In this document: positions 12,180 to 26,100 of the stretch, one piece after another
Layout of the letters: the number at the start of each line of letters is the position of its first letter
Position numbering within the stretch: the stretch's first letter is position 1
Assembly: GCA_051362555.1 (NCBI GenBank)
Contig: CM120647.1
Span: forward strand, 18,452,651 to 18,516,650
DNA length: 64,000 nt
Source of the DNA: Lingula anatina
Taxonomy: Eukaryota > Animalia > Brachiopoda
Reading direction: 5' to 3'
Translations under genes and position numbers: made by a program
Notes under the pieces: generated by a model
Told to the model about the DNA's origin: nothing
The model's database searches: none
What the model saw: only the letters and a program-made list of their open reading frames with translations

Positions 12180-13723
12180 TACGAAAAAAGGATACATGTT
12201 TTATTGAATATTTTTTATATTATATATAATACATTTAATTAATTGAATAAACATTATTATTATTAGTATTGTTGTTGTTGTCATGTTATTAAAATGACTA
12301 TTATTATTATCAACAGAAATCGAGTATTGATACAGGTTTCTTTTTTTATAAGTATGTTAGATAAGATCAATTTCAACGATGGGGGGATGATGTTTTTGGC
12401 ATTTTGCCTGGTGACCCGGATCTTCATGTCCATTGGTTGCACAGCTGCCACCACCGCTGCCTTCGCAATCTGTATAAACTCATTTCCAAACGCCGTTGCA
12501 ACAGTTTTGGTGAGTCAAAATTTGTTATGCTTTACAAGTGTGATTGTTGAATTTCTTTTAAGTATTTGCATTTATTTATTTCAACAGCTTTGGACAGAAG
12601 TTGTTTGTGGTGATTTTTGAGTGTTGGATGTTGTTATTTATTTTATTTGATTATTTATTTTTATTTATTTATTTATTTATTTTTTTTTTTTAAGTATAAT
12701 ACAGGACTTCTTAAAATTTTTACACAAACTGAAGTAGACCAAGTTTTTAATTCTCAATTCAAAACTTATTATCAGGCTTAATTTCTTTTATGAAACTGGT
12801 CCCATTTGCTGTGTGTTGCAGGGAGTGTTGGAGACTTTCACAGGTCTGGGAATGATGCTGGGCCCGGCCATTGGAGGCGTCTTGTATGAAGTAAGTATTG
12901 TGTATTATCACGTTTACTCTGAGTTGCAACACAATGCCACAAGCAGGATGCTTGCAAGATTTTGGACCATGATTGCAAGTCTTTCGTGAGTGAATTTTGC
13001 ACTGTCCCATATGCTGGCAAATCCCCTGAAGAGTGCTGGAGACTCAGAAAAAGATGGCTGGGGCAGCTGTCTAGATCACCTGCAAGGCCAGGACAATACT
13101 TAGGGAGCATTCCCATAACCCTGACACACTAGCTGGATCTATCTAACTCCTCGGGGATTCTCGCTAAGTTGCATCCAGTGTAAACTGCTTAAATGTCTGG
13201 CATGCCCCCTCCTAACTTAAAGTCTGAAAAACTATATGGTTCATGATCTTGTTCATATTTCTTTGCGTGCCAGAAAATTTAGCTGATTACATTGACTGCA
13301 CCTTAGCGAGAATCCTCACTATTAGTAAGATAGATCAATCCTGCTAGTATGATAAAGTTATGGGAACACAGTAATAGTGACCAATGATGTAGGAAGACCC
13401 AAAATCACCATCAGTATCATCAGTATAATATTTGGCTGGTGGTTATGAACTTTCATTTTGTTTGGTAACATTTCTTCATTTATATCATTAAAGTGATTAT
13501 AAACTTGCACTTTTTTTGTAACATTGTATTCATTTTTATTATTTCCAGCTAATGATAAGTTTTTTAAAATTGTTTTTCGTAACATTGTATGTATTAATTT
13601 CCCACATTTTAGGCTGGTGGATACATGTTGCCATTCCTGGTGCTAGGTATAGTCATGGTCATCACAGTGCCCATTACATTTGTGCTTCTACCCAAACATG
13701 AAGGTAAGAAAATAGCCCATTAT

Positions 13724-13804
<81 letters not shown>

Positions 13805-14815
13805 TGATATATGTACTGGCTACACAAAAATCTAAAACAGATTATGAAGTCACAAGATAATCCCTTATCTTTTCTTAAGATTTCTACCAGTTGACATAAG
13901 GAGTTTACACAATGAAAATCATGCTAGATTATGAACAATGGCAAGACCACTGTGGGAGATCTGACTACCAAACTCTCTTGTTTGTTGAGAGTGGCTTTCC
14001 TATGACATGATTTATGTTGTCACTTTTCATCGTTTCACCCAACAATTTCACTTGCCACTGTCACAACAATCCAATTAATTATTTTTTTATTGATGAACAT
14101 TATTTATTACTCAACAAACTGAACAGTGTACATTGTTTGATGGGTGACATTTATAAAATGCATAATGTGCAGCAAGATAGTAACTTAAAATATCAAAAAT
14201 ATCTCATTCACCCAATTTTCTTCTCACTCTAAAGCCGTACAGTATATATTTCTCACTGTCTTGGTTACAGATAAGGACCAGTCTTCCAATGGCTCCATGT
14301 GGCAGCTACTGAAGAGCCCCTCTGGACTGGTCATCTGTCTGACCATCATGATGTCTGCTATAGTCTGGGCAGCACTGGACCCCACCCTGCAGCCGCATCT
14401 TGAAGATGTAATGAAGCCAAGTTTATATCAGGAGTAACTTTGAATTAACCTGGAAAAGACTGATTAACATCAGTATATTTAAAGATTAACACCCAAGGCA
14501 TTTGCATTAGATAAGACAGTGTGTTAGTAATGACATTGTGTTAGTTATGACAGCGTGTAAGCTATGATATTGTTTTAGGTATGACGGTGTGTTAGGTTTG
14601 AAAATGTATTGGGTGTGAAAGTGTGTTAGCTATGACCATCACTTATCAAACTTTCATTATGTTATTATATTTTACTTTTCAGTTTGACCTGAGTGCAGAC
14701 ATTATTGGGTTGGTTTTCCTGTTGAGCTCAGCATTTTATGCCATAACGTCACCAATCTGGGGGAAAATTGCAGATAAGATGGTATGTGAAACTCCAAAGG
14801 CTGAGAAAGTCCAAA

Positions 14816-14855
<40 letters not shown>

Positions 14856-17482
14856 TGTGAGGACTTAATACACAAGGAATTTAGAGTAAATTGTCTCCAT
14901 TTTCTTGTAAGACTATTAAGAACAACTCTGTAAAATCTGTCTTACTAGTACGTATATATTCTCTCTCTGTATGTGTGTCTCTGTGTGTACATGTCAGTGT
15001 GGTTTTTTTTACATGTTAATAAATAGATTAATTTTATACCATGTCATAATGGGTAAAAGAACATATAAATATATAAATGTACTTTGGTCTTTTTATTAAG
15101 ACTTCTTTATTTTTCAGTACGACAGTAAGCCCCTGGTCATAGTAGGACTCCTCATCACGGGGCTATGTTGCTTACTCCTGGGACCTTCTCCTATATTAGG
15201 CTTTCCCAAAGACTATCAGTTAGTACTGTTCTACAAGGTTCAAGAGTAAAATTGTTGAAAAAGTCCCAAAGTCATATTTTTATGTCTGCATGTCATTCTA
15301 AGATACTTACTTTACCAAATACAGACTTTAAAAATGATAAAAGTCTTCAAATGATAGTACCTCGTAACCTGATGTTGATATTTTCATTAAAAACAAATTA
15401 TTTGGATTTTTCCAGTGATCATTACTGGGAGAAAACTGCTCATTTTAAGAAAATTTTATTTATAAGGGGAAAATCACATATAGGAAATTTTAACTAACAT
15501 ATTAATTGCACAGTTAGTAAGACTAACAGATTTAGCTTATGTTTCACCTTTGACCTTAGGGTTAATTGTCAGTTCATACAATGGGACTGTTTGTCAGCAT
15601 GTTTGACTTTTGATTTTGTCATTTCAGTGAGTTGTGGCTGGACCTAGTGTCAGTGTCAGTAATGGGGTTGTCAGTCAGCATGTCAGTTGTACCGACCTTT
15701 GACCTCATGATGTGGGTGGCAGAGTAAGTGCAGGATTGACCAATAAGAAACCTCCACCATCTCACATGATTAAAAAATGATAAGTTTCTGGTATTCCAGG
15801 GTATGCACAGTCCTAGGACACATATCACAGTGTCGTAATTGGTAAAATGTGGGGATTGAAGTTTGCACTTGGTCTCATATAGATTGATAAAGCATCACTT
15901 GCAAATTTATATATACAAATTATATACGCTGAAAAGCATATAGCTTAGCATATAGATTTTGAAACAGTAATTTAGAATGCCATCAGCAGTATGCGTCATG
16001 CACTCAGGTGCTATAAATAGGATATTTACAATCTAGTTATGAGACAGGGTGTGGAGTGGGCTAAAACAATTTATCAATGTATGTCCTCCCTTCCTTCATT
16101 TATTTATTTATTTATTTATTTATCAAAGAGTTTTTTATTCTTATTCCCCTCAGGGACGCAGGGCTAGATGAGAGTATAGGGACGTATGGTCTAGTAGCAG
16201 GGCTTTGGACAGCAGCATATGCTTTAGGGTAGGTGGAGTATAGTTATTTCAGCAATATTCTACAGAAGCTTAAAGTGATAATAACTCTTCGTTTCGGCCA
16301 AAAAATGAATTTTCCTGGAGTAAACAACAATTTTCCCATACTTACCAATGGTTAATGAATCCATTTTTACATTCAAAGTTAGTCCCTGGTTTTTTTCTAA
16401 AAAGTTTGGTTTTTTGTTAAAATCTCCTAAGAGATTTTAACAGAGTATAGCCATCAATGGAGGTCACGTGGTCTAAAGACAAGCTCAGATATCAGAATAA
16501 TAGCTATAACAGCCGTTTTTGTGGGAAAACAGTATATATTATATTTTTATGAGTCACTCACAATGTTTTTATTGTGAAATACAGATTTCATACGAAGAGT
16601 TATTATCCCTTTAAGCATAATATTTGAAAACAAGCTTCACTATTTGACTACTGATAAATGATTTGAAAAAGAAAGATGGTACTTGTAATTAAACCCCTGA
16701 TACTGTTGCACCAAATCATTGTCATGTCAGCCACACTGTCACATCTTACACATTATCATATCCACCACACTGTCACATCTAACACACTGTCACACATAAC
16801 ACACTGTCTTGTCTTAAACACTGTCACACCTAACACATTGTTCTGTATGAAACACTGTCACACCTAACACATTGTTCTGTATGAAACACTGTTACACCTA
16901 ACACACTATGTCATTTCCTACACATTTTCTCACCCAGTGCACTATTACAGTTAATTTGTCCATTTGTATATTTCAGAGAATTTATAGGCCCAGTAGCTGG
17001 TGGATACTTTCTAGATACGGTTGAGTTCACGGGGGAGATGAACTTTATTGCTTTGGGCTGTGCAGTGGTTGTAAGTTATAATAATTATTATTTTTATATT
17101 TAATATGTAACTTAGAGGTGAAGTTAAATGAAATTGCATTTACTAGATTGTAAATTACAAATTTTTTATCATACTCAGTGCTTTTTATATTTTTAAAACC
17201 ACTATTCAGAATGTATTAATTTATTTGCTTGTGCATTTTATAATCTCGCTGTTTAATGGGTTGATCTTTCAGTCTGTTTTAACCTTCCTTCTTTGGCTCT
17301 ATGAAAAGTTATGCAAGAAAGGAGAGGAAGACGAAGAGGAAGAGGAAGAGAATGCTGGGAAAAATGAGGAAGACACAAGCCCTCTTTTGACCTCTTATGA
17401 TATTCTTACAGCCTCAACCAATACACGACCCATGTTAAATGTCAGTCATTTGCCATCTACTGGCTATTTCCATGAACCCTAG
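9731..17482 (+). CDS. SLC18B1: SLC18B1-like MFS vesicular transporter, paralog B (~740 aa, 13 coding exons)
   Basis: Exons 9731-10654, 11182-11277, 11864-11937, 12353-12509, 12822-12890, 13613-13703, 14271-14407, 14683-14781, 15118-15218, 15628-15723, 16154-16228, 16977-17070, 17273-17482. The total of 2223 nt is in frame. Motifs GPFFPEEAKKKG, GVLETFTGLGMMLGPAIGGVLYE, LLGPSPIL and GEFIGPVAGG; the C-tail has an acidic cluster and a DTSPLL dileucine. Confidence 0.9.
10708..10922 (+). mobile_element. MITE family A copy
   Basis: TTA flanks at 10705-10707 and 10923-10925, followed immediately by the start of a family B element. Confidence 0.85.
11691..11840. mobile_element. Short MITE with GAGCGCATTC termini
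   Basis: Inverted ends GAGCGCATTCAGAAC...GTTCTGAATGCGCTC. The terminal 10-mer is the same as in the element at 49239-49784. Confidence 0.65.
12116..12176. repeat. (TA)n microsatellite
   Basis: Pure TA run. Confidence 0.95.
13728..13800. repeat. (TA)n microsatellite
   Basis: Pure TA run. Confidence 0.95.
16274..16610. mobile_element. Kolobok-like MITE with TTAA target-site duplication
   Basis: TTAA-AGTGATAATAACTCTTCG...CGAAGAGTTATTATCCCT-TTAA. A related end fragment lies at ~50052-50100. Confidence 0.7.
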
Positions 17483-19472
17483 TCAGCCTTAACTGCAGGA
17501 AAATGGTCCATTTGAGTCCAACAAATTGGCATATGGAGCCTGCATGAGGTTGTATTTTTCCCAAAATATATTGCTGGTGAAACTAAAAGTAGCAATAAAT
17601 TGTTTGTCCCAGGATTTTGAAAATCTTCTAGTTGGACAAGAGGCTGATGCTGCCAATCCTTTGTTTTGTTCTTCTCATCTTGAGGTTATGGAGGATTTAA
17701 AACTTCCCGTAACAGAAAAAAGGAGAGATTTGATTGGGAGATGCTGTTCAGGAAGGCCTGTAAGGAAAATGGTAACTGAAGAAATTGACTTGTGATGTGC
17801 TGAAAGCTACTAGTCCTGTCATTTCAAATAAAGGTTATTACATTAATTTTGTGGATCAAAAGAAAGTGCTGATGGCCAAAGAGATATTTATGATTAAAAT
17901 GTAAGCAACTGTGTGATAATTAGCTCTATTCCCATTGTATACCTCTTATTTATCTTTTCAGGCATAAGATTGAATGTTGCCAAGTAAAAAGTAAATTTCA
18001 AAAATATGATATGTTATATATTCCAAAAGTAAAGAACATGACAGAGTTTTGCCAAAGTAAAGTTACATATCTGTATTATTTTATCGTAAAATAAGGGGAT
18101 TTTTTTTAATTTGAAAGTTTAATTTAAAGGTTTTATGGATATTATTTTTAATCACACTAGATTATTTCATTTCAAGTAATTTAACTTGCTATGTAATTTG
18201 AACAAAACCCATTACTTAATTTATTGAGTTATTCACAATTGATGGTTATTGCTCATTAAGAAAAGATCTGTCATATATATCAATGGATTGATATTATAAA
18301 ATTTTCTATTTCATTTTGTAGATACTGGTAATTTCAGAACTGATAACATATTTTCAAAGGCAATGTTATCAATTTTTAATAAGTTCAAGGAATGTTTATG
18401 TTGTTCTAGAATTTGATGCTGTAAAAAAATTATGAGTCAGTGTTGGTTGTTAGAGTTCTCTTAGTTGATGTGATATAGCACAAGAATCTTGTCATAATAG
18501 GAACAAATTTGCAGTCCCAAAGTACCTAAGATTTGCAGTCGATTATAATCATAAATTGTATTTGTGTTCCTTAAAGATATCATGCAGTATTTATATATCC
18601 TGATGAGTGAGGGTCATTTAATATTTTCTCATGAATTAAACAAAACAAGATTATAGATGATAAAAGATTACAGACCACCATTGTTCTTAATTCCCTGCAG
18701 TAGAAATTAACCCTGGTAAAAATAAGGCATAATAACAAACAGATTTAATTCTTGATTTTAAAACCTAACTATAAATACAACAATTTTTTTATATCTCCAA
18801 TCATCATTTTATTTAGGATGAAAGGGAGTAATGCTGCAGGAATGTATCACTGTGAGCAACTGCATAATTTTGTCAGAGGGGGATGTTAGGAGGATGGTGA
18901 CAGAGATTTTAGATAGGGTGTAATGAAACTGAGGGTACGTGAAACAGAAAGTCTGCCCTCCATTTAGTTATAATGGTTAAGGTTAGCCTGACCTAAGTGG
19001 GTCAAAATGTAGGGCAAGTGAATGTGACATGGACTTTCTATCACACCAGACTTTCTGTCATATTACAAGGGCACCAAAGTATCAATGTCAGCCTGTCAGG
19101 TATTTTTATTTGAGGAATTTTATCATTTTTAAGGTCTGGTTTTGGAAAAATAAGTAGTTTTGCAGATTATACAATCATTAATCCCAACTTTTTTCTCATA
19201 TTTAAAATTTTACTTTCATCATTTTTAAAGGAAACATGCCATATATGTGGTATTCAAGAACAAAAAGTGTATTACCTCTTGAAATATAGATAGAAGGAAA
19301 ATAAATTAATTTTAATTTCTTACTTGCTTACATATGTATAAGCACTACAGCCAAAGCTCCCAAGCACACACAACTTATTTTTTTAATGAAACGAATAATC
19401 CAAATATATTTCCGCTTGCATTTTTTAAATTTTATTTATTTATTAATTTTATTATTATTATTATTTTTTTAT

Positions 19473-19503
<31 letters not shown>

Positions 19504-19683
19504 TTTTTATTTTTTTTTTGCATTACATTACTGGTCCTAACTTCTTAGTTTATAAATATAATTACATATTTGTGACAGGCCGGTCGTGGTCGATTTAAAC
19601 ACATGATCACTTTTTCTTCAAACAATACTTTCTATACGGGGGGGGAGGGGGTCTTCTTTTTGCTTGGAGATCGGAAAAGCCAA

Positions 19684-19699
19684 GCACTAGATGGCGCTA
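19684..19699 (+). promoter_or_regulatory. CTCF-like motif just upstream of the ADHFE1 start codon
   Basis: GCACTAGATGGCGCTA compared with the CTCF core CCACYAGRKGGCGC; it ends 35 bp before the ATG at 19734. Confidence 0.5.
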
Positions 19700-19733
19700 C
19701 AGTACTAGCAAGTCGGGGATCGTCTTGGTAAAT

Positions 19734-21096
19734 ATGGCAACCTCCAGCGCAAGGGAATCTGTTCTTCATCTTCTGAGGGCGATTTCTGCAGCATCGTAAG
19801 CATAATTTCGATTTTTCTACCGAATTTGCAAGCCTTTTGCATTTCCTATTCATGTGCACTGCATGTCAACGATTTTTTTGTGCACTCCTATACTCTTTGT
19901 TAGGATAAACGTGCCCTACCTTTCGAACCTGTGTAAACTGTTACATAATAACGTTTATATAGCATAAAACTTTTAAGCCCACCCACCTAAAGCAGCTGAA
20001 CAGCTGAACGATTGATTATAAATAGGAACCCTGTGCTTACCTGTATATGTGAACTGTGTGTATAAATTTTGCTTTTTCAGATGTAAATGTCCGGCCCACT
20101 CTCAGTCTCATTCGTTGGCTGTTGCAGGTCAGTCCCATTACTCTCTCTCTCTCTCTCTCTCTCAGTTGTGCATAAAAGGTTCAGCTTTAAATTTTGTCTG
20201 AACTCAGTTTTTAACTACCAAATTGCCACCATTCACTGTGCTAAAAATATTTTTCTTCCCTCAGATACAATTTTTTAAATAATATTAAATTTTTAGTATC
20301 AATAGAAATATATATAGTTGTTTAAAAAAGAAAATGAAAACTAAAATTCATTTTAATTTAATTAGTGATAATCGTTGTATCATTAGAAAATAATCAAGTG
20401 TCACAATTTATGCCATTTACAGATGTTCTTTTTTTTTAAGCTGGAAATAAAAAATGTATGGCCACAGGGGTAGAAAGCAAAGAATATGCATTTGAGGTAA
20501 GTAACAACAATACAATCAATATGCAGTAAAATGTTAAAATATAATTTAAACTTCATTGGTAGATAAAATGACTGTAGTTATTCATTCTAATAGGCTGAGT
20601 TTCTACATTTAAATTTGAAATCAAGTGAAAAATAATATTCAAAAATTAAAATGACTTGCGCTGAATGCTATCAGATAAACATATTAGCTCACCACCTTCT
20701 GGCATTGAGTAGAAAGCAGAAAAGCTGACGATTGTATGTTGGAAACAAGATGAGGCGTGTTAATCTGTTAATCTGATTGCATTCAGTGAGAGTCCACACA
20801 CAGATGGATCAATCTACTAGTACGTAGATGATAGTTTCATTGGGAATAAGCTCAAAATCGCCCTAATTATCCGATTAAACATATTTCAGATGGCATGTTC
20901 AAATATCCGCTATGGAGAGGGGGTCACACAGGAAGTGGGAATGGTAAGTTAAAGAAGTCTAGAAGTTTTTATTTCTGCAGGACTTTTGAAGCATATTAAA
21001 CTTTCATTGTAAAAGTAATAAAACTTTAGATGATCAGTTTTGTGTTTTTATATCAAGTAAAAGGCGTTGTAAATATTGTACTTGTTACAAAATGAA

Positions 21097-21139
<43 letters not shown>

Positions 21140-21690
21140 ATACTTCCAGGACTTTGCCAACATGGGAGCTAAAAATGTCTGTGTTGTGACGGATCAGAAT
21201 TTAGCCAAACTTCCGGTCATGCAGACAGTGACTGACGCCCTCCACAAATCCAAGGTCAACTTTCAGGTGTTTGACAGGGTGCGTGTTGAACCCACAGATA
21301 GCAGGTAAGGCAGGTGTGACGTGATTGTGATCAGCCCCTCATAACAGTCCCACAGTTTTTTTTCTATGTCACAAGTCTTTTAATGCATTTCAATATAGAT
21401 AAACTTAACTCACAATGTGAAAAGGGCCTAAGGCCTAAAAAGTAAATCATGTTTTTAAGACAAGAAAAAATAAGACAAGGAATTTTTTTTTTCTGTACGA
21501 GTTTTAATTTTGATATATGTATGTTGAAATAGTCTGGTCAGTTTGGTTATGTTGTCTTATCACAAAGTAATATTTTTATTATAATCAAAGATATGTTTCA
21601 ATGTCAGTCTAACATCTACAGTTTGCAATAACATCACTACACTACATGCCATTTGAGTGACCAGATATCCAGAACTGTTGCTACTGCCCC

Positions 21691-21721
<31 letters not shown>

Positions 21722-23114
21722 ACACACACCAAGCAACACTCTCGTTGTTCTGTGCTTCATTAAATAAACTAGGTATCACTGCACTTGGTAATCCTTTAGT
21801 TAACACTCACTGTAATAAAAACTTCATACTCTTCAGCTTACAGATGGCCATAGACTTTGCCAGGGCTGGCAATTTTGATGCTTTCTTAGCAGTGGGAGGA
21901 GGATCCGTGATAGATACCTGTAAAACGGCAAACCTGTACGCCTGCAAACCAGACTCGGAGTTCCTAGACTATGTGAACGCTCCTGTTGGGAAGGGGCTGC
22001 CCGTGAGGCACACCTTGAAGCCACTTATTGCAGGTACTTATATGTTATGTGTACGGATATACTGGTGAACATATACAAACTTAATGTATATGTGTTCACA
22101 AGGCACACATTTACATGCCATTTTTTTATGTACAAAAAACATTTTGTCTTTTTAGCACTGATTTTCTCTACAGTTATTGTTTAGGTAAGAATTTCATCAG
22201 CTTTGTTATGTTATAAGGTAATTTTTTCTTCAATCAACAGCTAATATTGAACTTGTTTACCAGCTGTTGATTGAAGAAAAAAAAACTTTATTTTTAATTA
22301 TAATTTGGTTATTTTGATTATGAGTAAGTGACAATACTTTTTGTGCATCAATGGGAATGTTGGAATAAGATCATTTTTGGACCATGATGTTTTTAAAATT
22401 ACTTTTAGTGCCCACTACTGCTGGAACTGGCAGTGAGACCACTGGGGTGGCCATCTTTGATTACGAACCTCTGAAGGCTAAGACAGGTATGATTTAGAGC
22501 AACATTTATAAGACAAAAAACAAAAGTGTTCAGAATCAGATGCCAGTTTGACATGTGCAAAAACCATTTTCATTGAGAACATATTTTCTTAAAAGAATTA
22601 AATTATGGTACTTTATGCCTTAAAGTTTCATGAATATTGTATAGATTTAAGACTCAAGAATGTATTACAATTATTATTATTACAATTATTATTATAATTT
22701 GAGTTATCATCATTTGTCTTCTTCTTTTTATTATTATTATTATTATTATTATTACAAATACTATTGCTGTTGTTGTTGTTGTTGTGCTGCTGTTGTTATT
22801 AGTACCATATGTTAATTCCAGGCATTGCTAACAGAGTATTACGTCCACTGCTGGGTATTGTAGACCCCCTCCATGCTCTGACTATGCCAGAGAGAGTGGC
22901 AGCTAACAGTGGCTTTGATGTACTCTGGTCAGTATGCTGTGTTAAAGACACCATGTGTCAACCAATAACTTTCATAGTCAATGTATGAAGCTTATTACCA
23001 GATTAATCCAAGGCTCACTGCAGATAAGTACAAGACTGAGGTCATGATTTCGTACATAAATTTTGAAAATAATATTTGTACACTGTACACAATGCTCCCA
23101 GTGACTGGAACTTC

Positions 23115-23178
<64 letters not shown>

Positions 23179-26100
23179 ATATAAATATGATAATTTGTCA
23201 CCTCATTAACACAAAAGAAAGCACAAGTAAAGGACAAACACGAGTATAGTGATCGAAATTTGGCTGTTGACTGCTGCTTTTATTGAAAGGTCCTAGTAAA
23301 AGAAATGGTGTAAGGTAATTGTGTACCATTAAATAATGTTGAGTAATAAAAAATTACATAATGTTTTAGCATAAATAGTAAATATCTCCCCTACATATAA
23401 TCTCAGCTAGATTTCTAATAATTATTAGCATCATAAACTCATTTCAGCCATGCTTTAGAGTCCTACACTGCCATTCCCTTCAATGAGCGCACTCCGCGGC
23501 CAGAGAATCCCATTCTGAGGCCAGCGTACCAGGGCAGTAACCCCATTAGTGACCTGTGGTCACTTCACGCTCTCAGAATTGTTGCCAAGTACTTCAGGAG
23601 AGCAGTCAAGGACAACACCGACAAAGAGGCGAGGTCGGCCATGCATCTGGCCAGTGCCTATGCTGGGATTGGTTTTGGAAATGCTGGGGTGCACTTATGG
23701 TATGTGTACGGTAATAGCTCATAAATTTCAAACATTTTGCTTTAAATATTTTCCTTTTTTAAGTTGTTACTTAGAATTGAATTGAAAAGCATATCTCAAG
23801 AATAGGTTTTCTGTTCATTTGACAAGGACAAATGTCATGTGAGAGAGAAGGCTTCTCTTTCCGCCAATGATAATCTAGTGAACAAAATAATTTGGTAATT
23901 GTATTAAGAATCTGTTTCCTTTAAGACAAAAATGGCCATCAACAAAACATACTTGAGGGAAAATTCATTCTCTTATATAGTAATCCAAGGGAAAAATTCA
24001 TGAGAGAAAAAAAACATAATAATAATAATATAATAATTAATAATTATCTTTTCCAGCCACGGCATGTCGTACCCCATAGCTGGACTTGTCAAGCAGTACA
24101 GGGCTAAGCAGTATGCAGTAGACCATCCCCTTGTGGTAAGCACTAGTACATCAGTGAAAGTTTTCAGGATTATGTCATCAGTTTTACTGTTAGTCTAAAT
24201 TCAGTGAGAAATTTGGACTTATCTCAACGGGTTTCCTTAAACTGCCTATTCTCAAACTGCCCAGTCTCACAGACACCATAGGTCTACATGGATCAGTCAA
24301 CTCTAAATGACATGCTTCCTCTTGTTTCCAACATTCTACTATAATCACCATCTTTGCTGTATTCCTCTTTACACCAGGAGGAGGAGTGTTATTCAGTTAA
24401 GTTGATTGCATTCAGCAAGAGTCCCCACAGAGTTGGGTCCATCCTTGTAGACTGATGCTGTCAATGGGAATGGGGCCTTAGAGACCATTCCTAGAGACTA
24501 TCGTACCAACTTTGGATCGAACTATATCCAAGGGGATTCTCACTTAATTGCTATCAAGTTAAGCAGCTTAGATGTCTGCCATGTCTACTTAAGCTGCCAG
24601 GGGGTACTTAACCATTGTTTAGCAGCTTCAGTAGGCGACATCTAAGCTGTTTATCCTAAAAACAATTTAGCAAGAAACCCCTTGGAGATGAGTTGATCCA
24701 GTTAGATCAATCTAGGCATGAGAACCCAGTCTTAGAGTGCATTCCCAGAGATTTAGATCAATCCATCTGGATCGACCTAACTCCCTGGGGGTTCGTGCTA
24801 AATTGCAGTCAGCCTAGCATGCACAACAGTTAATTACCCCCTTACAGCTTTTAGTAGGCGGGACAGCTAAGCTGACAGTAATCTAGTGAGACTCCCCACA
24901 GGGATAAATCAATCTAAAATCTGTGGGAATGGGGTCTTATACTATCAATTTTCATTTCAGCCCCATGGTTTATCTGTAGTGCTCACTGCTCCGGCCGTTT
25001 TCCAGTTTTGTGCTCCAATGTGTCCAGAGAGACATATAGAGGCCGCAGGGATATTGGGTAGGGAACCTCTATTTTCTTCACTGATGAGACTTTTCCAACT
25101 TTTGTGGGAATTTTGACTTCTTCAGGGTCATTTAGGTCATTCCTGTCAATGGTGTAAATCTGGTGAATAGTGTAAATTCTACTTTAAATAATTTAAATAA
25201 TATGTTGTTTTTCAGTGAGGACTGGTCTCATGCCTGTTTCTTACTAAAAATATATTAACAGCTCATCGACTTGTTCAGTCAAAACATTATTATAAACAAT
25301 TCTCATTAGTTATGTCAGACTTGACACATTTTATATCATAAATACAGCCACTCTTAACTCTAAAGTTTCTTTCTCACTTAACATATATATCATAACAGGT
25401 GCTGATATTACCAATGTGAAGAAAGAAGACGCTGGTCGTGTCTTAGCAGATGTTCTCCGTCAGATCATGCATGACCTAGATGTTGACGATGGACTGAACT
25501 CCATTGGTTTCACCTCTGAGGATATCCCTGCTTTGGTCAAAGGAACACTGCCACAGGTGAGACAGAGGGAAAAGAGTTGTCTGCCTGCTCCAAAAAAGGC
25601 ATGGAGTGGGTTTCCATTATTGGTTGTATTTTGTTATTGTACCACCAGCGTTAGCGCTGGCGGTACACATGGTTTTAGTCCTGTCCAGATCGTTCCGCCG
25701 GCTCTGCCGACAAGTCATCGTTACTGCTTCTCCTCCTAGACGGTAAGGGCCTCCATACCCACCTCTTGTTTTATCATGTCACAGGCAGTTATGTGATTTC
25801 TCTTTGACAAAAATTGACCAAGTGCCATATTTTGTTTTCTGGAAAAGCAGTGTTTCTCTTGATTATATGTGAAAAGAAATTCTGACTCACTGCATGCATG
25901 ATTGCAGAGTTTGACATAGTATGTCAGTAAGTGAGGGTGTGTCAGATTGGCAAAATGGACAAAGTTGGCGAGTGTGCTGTCACACCTAACACACCACTGT
26001 CACAACTAACACACCACTGTCACACTACACACACACCACTGTCACAACTAACACATTCTCACATGTTTTGCTATCCTCATTGTTCTGACATTTATTTTTT

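Noticed and set aside
18918-19070. GGTTAG/CTAACC telomere-like motifs here and at 53035-53205
   Set aside because: Only 1-2 units inside short inverted-repeat elements; probably small MITEs, too degenerate to define, and not telomeric arrays.
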